DNA of 54,236 bases, counting the filler, from Piptocephalis cylindrospora (Eukaryota), in NCBI GenBank assembly GCA_003614145.1. It is 3 parts of 3 records of this genome, joined end to end, with 100 filler letters (N's around TTAATTAATTAA, not from the genome) between each part and the next. Parts side by side here need not be neighbours in the genome. Positions count along the whole stretch, not along the records: positions 36,362 to 54,236 come from KZ987847.1; 2 more parts are not named here. One strand, 5' to 3'. Position numbers and translations under genes: made by a program. This document shows positions 49,025-54,236 of this stretch, in pieces (position 1 is the first letter of the stretch; the number at the start of each line of letters is the position of its first letter). The notes under the pieces are model-generated. The model was not told where the DNA came from. It did no database searches and saw only the letters and a program-made list of their open reading frames with translations.

Positions 49025-49061
49025 CCTACCCCACCTGAGGAAAATAGAATGGTTCCATTAC
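49025..49061 (+). repeat. Dispersed ~37-bp motif, copy 3
   Basis: CCTACCCCACCTGAGGAAAATAGAATGGTTCCATTAC; 32/37 identical to 4566-4602. Confidence 0.65.
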
Positions 49062-50380
49062 GATGATACGCTTAGACAACCATCTTTTTCGGTCCATCAG
49101 ATGCAATAGGAATGCAAGCAAGGTTCTGATGTCTGGACACGTCACGCATTATCATTGGGGCCACCAAAAATCGGCGCAAGAGAGGAAGTTAAATCGACCT
49201 GATCGAGTCAATGAAAAGAAAAGGCTAGGTTGAGTACAATCTACAAAATAAATGGCTTTAGAATGTGTACTAATCAAACCAGCTTTTTCACTGATGATTC
49301 AAGAGGAAGGCTACTCCGGAAAATAAAAATATCAACACATGCCTCTTGGATTGTCCTTCCACCCATCCATTATTAATACACTCCTTTGTTACCATTGAAT
49401 GTAATGAGTTTATGTGTTTGATCAATAATATGGGCTCAAAATTGATCGACCTATCAATTCTCCGACAATGAAGGCCTCCAAGTAAATATAGTGACCTATA
49501 CAGGACCATCCGGATTTGAACAAAGCGTCATGTTGGAACTAACATATTCTCGTTTCTTGTAACTCGTATCAAAACAACGTCTCGAAATGCGGAAGCTGGC
49601 CCTCATCAATCCCATGGTTACTATGCTTCTATCAAAAAGAAAGGCGACCGACAATATCACCTAGTATGGCCCCCATCCTCAGCGAGAGCCAGGTAAAGAA
49701 TTTATGAACAAATAGCCATTTTCTCCGTCAAGAGAAGGCTTCAAATAATTGTCCGTTTTCATCCCATTCTTTTCCCCACCCTTCCCCTTTGGTGTGTGTC
49801 CCATGGTGATGAGCTCCCCATAGTCCTTGGTTCGAGTCAATCGGACGACGAAGTTGTTGCATTTTCAAAGATCCTTAGAGATCACCCCTCTCTCCTGAAT
49901 GGCTCATGTCTTGTGGAGCCAAGATGTCTCGCTCTCCCAATAACCTTGGGTAATCTAGAGCCTAATGAGAGAATACCCCTTTAAAATGCTCAACCAAAGC
50001 ACATGGTATCTCACTTTACGAATTTTCTTTGAATATCATGAATCTAGGCCTGGACGAGGTGGTTAATCGGAGATAATACCATGGCGAAGGCCTCCTTTCT
50101 TTTCCCCCTTGATGTGCTCCTTCCGTGGAAACTGCAATAATTTATCTTCCTTTGAAGAAATGGTTGCTTGGTTGGTTAAGAGAGGCCTCGAGCACATTCC
50201 TTCTCCCGTTCTTTCCCCCTCGACTTTTCCTCGCGATACGAATGGAACCCAGGGAAAGGGTTAAAAGGGGAAAGAGCCTATCTTCAAATATAATACATGC
50301 CGTTCTCCCCCACCACTAAGTGATCCCCCTTCCTCTCTATACCGATAATAAAAATTTCTGTGCCTTTTCCTCTAGAAAAC

Positions 50381-51277
50381 ATGAAGGTCGCCGCCACTGC
50401 TCTCATTATCCTTTCTCTGACCTTGGGCATGGTCATTGCCATTCCGGCCGTCCCCGTCCACACTGGATCAAGGCCCACTTTAGCCTCCCCTATGCCCCAC
50501 ACAATGGCCCCTGCCAATAGCACTGACAGTCCCAAGGTTACTTTCATTACGGATAGTATCAATGGCACTGACGATGCCGCTTCCAATGTCGCGAACGGCA
50601 TGAAAGGCGGGGTCACCAGCGATGTGGGTGACATTGCCGCCGGTCTCAACGGCCCCGGCGAAATCGTAGCTCCTCGTGTGACCAAACTGATCGATGATTT
50701 GATTGCCGGGATTGCCAAATTCATCGTCAACTCTCCCTTCGTGACCAACCCTCTTGCTCAGAGCGTCATCACCATGCTGCTCTACTCTACCTCCAATGTC
50801 CCGATCATTGGCCCTATCCTCCAGAGGATTGATATTCTCGGAGGCTTTGGAATTCCCCATGTACCCCGCAACTTGGACTCGAACGGCAAGCCCATACTTC
50901 CGCAAGTTGTCAGACTGACCCATGCGGATGATGTTGTCGCTCTTTTGGAGAACGTTCTGAGAACCCTCCAGGACATTGGAAATGGCAAGGGCTCTCTGCA
51001 ATTTAGTGACATCTTCTCCATCATCACCTCAACTGTCATCGTCACCAATGAGATTATCCGCATCTCCCTCAATGTCCCTGAAGACTCCATTTTTGTTCGC
51101 GTCCTTCAGATTGTCAACGATGCCGTCAATCGCATTCATTCCCTCATCACCAATAATCGCTCCGCCCGTGTCCTCCTCCCCTCTGAGGCGCATCGATCCA
51201 ACTTCTCCAATGCCATTGAGAAGGCTGATATCTCCGTTTTCGATAATGGTGAGCAGACCGAGGCTGGCTCTGAATAG
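50381..51277 (+). CDS. Secreted orphan protein, ~298 aa (right-arm copy)
   Basis: Identical to 39321..40217; signal peptide. Confidence 0.78.
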   Translation: MKVAATALIILSLTLGMVIAIPAVPVHTGSRPTLASPMPHTMAPANSTDSPKVTFITDSINGTDDAASNVANGMKGGVTSDVGDIAAGLNGPGEIVAPRVTKLIDDLIAGIAKFIVNSPFVTNPLAQSVITMLLYSTSNVPIIGPILQRIDILGGFGIPHVPRNLDSNGKPILPQVVRLTHADDVVALLENVLRTLQDIGNGKGSLQFSDIFSIITSTVIVTNEIIRISLNVPEDSIFVRVLQIVNDAVNRIHSLITNNRSARVLLPSEAHRSNFSNAIEKADISVFDNGEQTEAGSE

Positions 51278-52281
51278 TTGTGTGTTGTATACATGTGTCT
51301 CTAGGGGTAGCTCATGCATTAGACTAGACTATATTATATTAGATCATATCTTTTTCTCTTTCCACCTTGACATGAGCGCGCTCATCTATGGTTTCCGTTG
51401 TGAGTGACCTTATATTACCTTTCCTTTTTCTTCCCAATGTAAATTCTCCAAGTGCCCTTGTCTTTTCCGGGAATAAGTCAAATGCCATGTAGCTTCCGTT
51501 TGTATAACGTTCCTAAGAGTGTGAAAGTCTCTTGCGACATCTTCTCTGCACGTCTCACTCAACAGGGGATAGTGAATGGTATATATGCCTAATGCATCTT
51601 GATCTGTGAGAAGCCTCGAGGTTTATCCTCGCGTATACTTTTTAATACTTTATAGGGCTGGCCATACTATCTTCGGGCGAAGGACGCATGGCCATGGTGC
51701 ACGATCGATGCCGCTGCATAGTGGAGCTTCAGGATCCAATATGAATCGTTCTCCTGAACCGCCAATTATCATCCAAGTCTCGGATACTCCCTTTTTTTTA
51801 CTGTGAACCATGACGACTAGCACTCTTCCTTGGCTGTGGTACCAACTTCCTCACCAAGCTCCATGAAAGAGCGTTTAATTGAGGTATAGAGCAAAATCTC
51901 GACATATCAGATGCTTCAAGTTACATTAGAGAGAGGGTCCCTTGACCACTGGCCAAAACAATACATCCAGCCCTTCCCCTGTGGTTACTAGAAACGTCGG
52001 GTGCGGGGGAAGAATGTATATAGCATAATGGGAAGAAGTAAACGGTATCTAACTTAAGTACCTTGCTTCCAGATGATCTGGTATTGGTAGCTAATAGACC
52101 TTGCTCTTGCCGCTAAATTGACTCCTTATTTTTCTTTTAAAATAAAAGGACAAATGGAAATTAGACCCAAGGAACCACCAACCCAACCCACTACACCATC
52201 CTTCCTCCACCACCCTCTCCCTCATCACTCTCTCCTTCATCACTCCTTCCTCTTTCACTCCTTCCTTGTCCAACTTTCTTC

Positions 52282-52941
52282 ATGTCGTTTTTCGCTACCC
52301 AGCACCTCTTTCTCCCTCTATTGGCCCTGGTGGCTATGCTGAACGCCTCCCCCCTGACCAGCCCACTGTCCTCTATTATCTCCCCATCCAATGCACCTCC
52401 CCCCGTACCCATTGAGATGCAGATTCTAGATCCCTCTACGTCCACAAGGCCCAATTCCATACCAGAGGTTTATTCCATGAAAATCGAGCCCTTAAAGGTG
52501 ACCAATGAGGATCTCGCCAGTCTCCGAGCTGTCTTGGATAGAGTCGTCGCTCAGGCTCATGTGACAGACTGGACAGATCGAGACATCGCAGATGCCCTTG
52601 TTTTCCAAACCATTGAGGATCTTCAAGCCTTCCCACTCATCAAGGCTGTGATCACGCCTCTGAGGAAAGTTGGGGTCTTCAAGGAAATTCTCACTGCCAG
52701 GGATTTAGTCAGGTGGATGACTCGTCTGTACGACTTGGCCAGTCTTAGCGTCTCCCAACCCCTACCCTCCCCCAAGCTCCAGAGCCATCTTGACGCTTTC
52801 TACCAGGATATTTCTAATCAAACAGAGTCGCAAGAGAGAACCGTTGGGACGGCAACCCTTCCCTCCAGTAAAGGCCCATATCACATTACGAATCAAGCGA
52901 TGAGCTCCTTGGATCAGTTGGTTAGGGCCTTCATGGACTAG
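52282..52941 (+). CDS. Secreted orphan protein, 219 aa (right-arm copy)
   Basis: Identical to 37657..38316; signal peptide. Confidence 0.75.
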   Translation: MSFFATQHLFLPLLALVAMLNASPLTSPLSSIISPSNAPPPVPIEMQILDPSTSTRPNSIPEVYSMKIEPLKVTNEDLASLRAVLDRVVAQAHVTDWTDRDIADALVFQTIEDLQAFPLIKAVITPLRKVGVFKEILTARDLVRWMTRLYDLASLSVSQPLPSPKLQSHLDAFYQDISNQTESQERTVGTATLPSSKGPYHITNQAMSSLDQLVRAFMD

Positions 52942-54236
52942 TCCGTGGAGATGAGGATGAGAGTAGGGTTGAGATATGGAATATAATTCCTGCTGGAAAT
53001 TTTTTTTCCTGTATCCCGGATTGTATAAACTGACTTGATATGACCAAGAGATAATCCCTTTTTTGGCGTTGCATCAGAAAAAGTTCGATCCTTGGGATGA
53101 AAGTCCAAGCTCCGCGGAGACTATTTTTAGATCCCTAGATTGTGCACACATGCACCAAGAAAAAGGGATCTGTTGGCATGTGTGCATGTGCTGCTCTAGT
53201 GTTGGAGGAGTCGAGCACAGTGTAACGAGATACCCCCATCTAAAGAAAGACGGGCGAGCACATTAAGATAGGGACAAGTCGGACACTATGTCGGGGGACA
53301 TTTCAGTGAGGTCATGAGATATTTTCAGAGGTGGTCCGTGCACGGAGTAAATATACCCCTCCAACCTGACCTGTATTTGCCGATCTTTATAACCGTATCC
53401 GATCACCTTTTCGCGAGAGGGAGGCAATGGCAGGAATTGGTTCTAATCCTCTAGGCGCATATGGTGGAACAGGTATCTGTGTCGATGACTCCTCGACCGG
53501 CTCTCTCTCGGTCCGTATCTTTCCTGTTGGTGTGTGTGTGTGTGCACGCATCTATTTTGGCACTACTGGATACCCATGATTTCTGGACATTAGAGTGAGT
53601 TGTGCTGACAGTAGCACAGGATACTACTGTGACTTTATCCGTAAATTACCATCCTATTCCTTCCCTATCCCCTCTACCCCCTCACATCCCCATGTCTGTG
53701 GATAAGGGAGAGAAGGGGCCTGGTGAAGGGATCCCTCCCCCTCACACCAACAGTGTGCCCCTTTAAATAGCGTGCTGCCAAGCCAAGAGAGATCAAGGGT
53801 ATCATCCCTCTCGCCCTCTCCCCCCTTCCCCTTCTCCCCAGCATCCCACACTCACATTGCACATTCCCTCAACCGTCTGCCTTCATACGCTTGCAGTGCA
53901 GCACACATTACCTTTCGCCATTCTGCGCGCGCCTCCCATTCACACTCATCGACTCTTCCCTTTGCTCTTCTCAACAATCCCCCACCCTTTCTTTTCTCCT
54001 TCCCCTCCTTCCCTTTTCATCTTCCGCTCTTGTGGTATACACTTAATAAGCCTACTTACAATCCTCACCCTATCTCTTACCTTTTTTTTTTTTTATCCTG
54101 GTTTCCACATCGTCCCCCTCAACCTCAGCATCCGCGGCCATGGCGTACTCCCTCTCCTCCCCCTCCTCATCTGCCCCTCCCCCTCCACCCCCCCCCTCCG
54201 ATCCACTGGCCCCCTCAGGGGGGAGGAATGTCCAGC

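Larger units (their letters stand above)
49301..54236. repeat. Right arm of long inverted repeat (4936 bp), running to the window end
   Basis: Reverse complement of 36362-41297; ends ...GGAGGAATGTCCAGC. Confidence 0.97.

Noticed and set aside
36362..54236. Giant DNA transposon, Polinton or linear plasmid with terminal inverted repeats
   Set aside because: The core has no transposase, integrase, recombinase or DNA polymerase, and the arms contain ordinary host genes and the cystinosin promoter
1..54236. CRISPR arrays, rRNA or tRNA genes
   Set aside because: No regularly spaced repeat-spacer array, cloverleaf or rRNA signature seen by eye; tRNAscan-SE and Rfam were not run

Overview
Eukaryotic, compact, intron-containing fungal DNA. 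It has short GT-AG introns, pyrimidine-rich 5' leaders and many orphan secreted proteins. An early-diverging fungus such as a zoopagomycete is my guess from style only. The window is three contigs joined by artificial 100-nt N linkers carrying TTAATTAATTAA (18111-18210, 36262-36361). Contigs 1 and 2 carry mostly housekeeping genes: TVP23, otubain, mitochondrial LysRS, mL40, a triple-FYR protein, the 3' part of ATG2, ferrochelatase, TACO1/YebC, prolidase, APRT and two cystinosin paralogues. They also carry several orphan secreted or membrane proteins. Contig 3 is one large interrupted palindrome: two apparently identical 4936-bp inverted arms (36362-41297 and 49301-54236) enclose an 8003-bp core. 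The core holds a 5'-truncated ORC1, broken exactly at the arm boundary, a small secreted protein, and a MATA_HMG-box transcription factor with an unusually long gene-free upstream region. This is either an invertible, mating-type-like HMG cassette or a fold-back chimera from amplification or assembly. The broken ORC1 favours the artefact reading, and long reads would decide it. Other points: +1 G-run frameshifts in ATG2 and prolidase, a dispersed ~37-bp motif, an intronless/intron-bearing cystinosin pair, a MANF-like HDEL protein, and a Frizzled-CRD/ELAPOR-like receptor.
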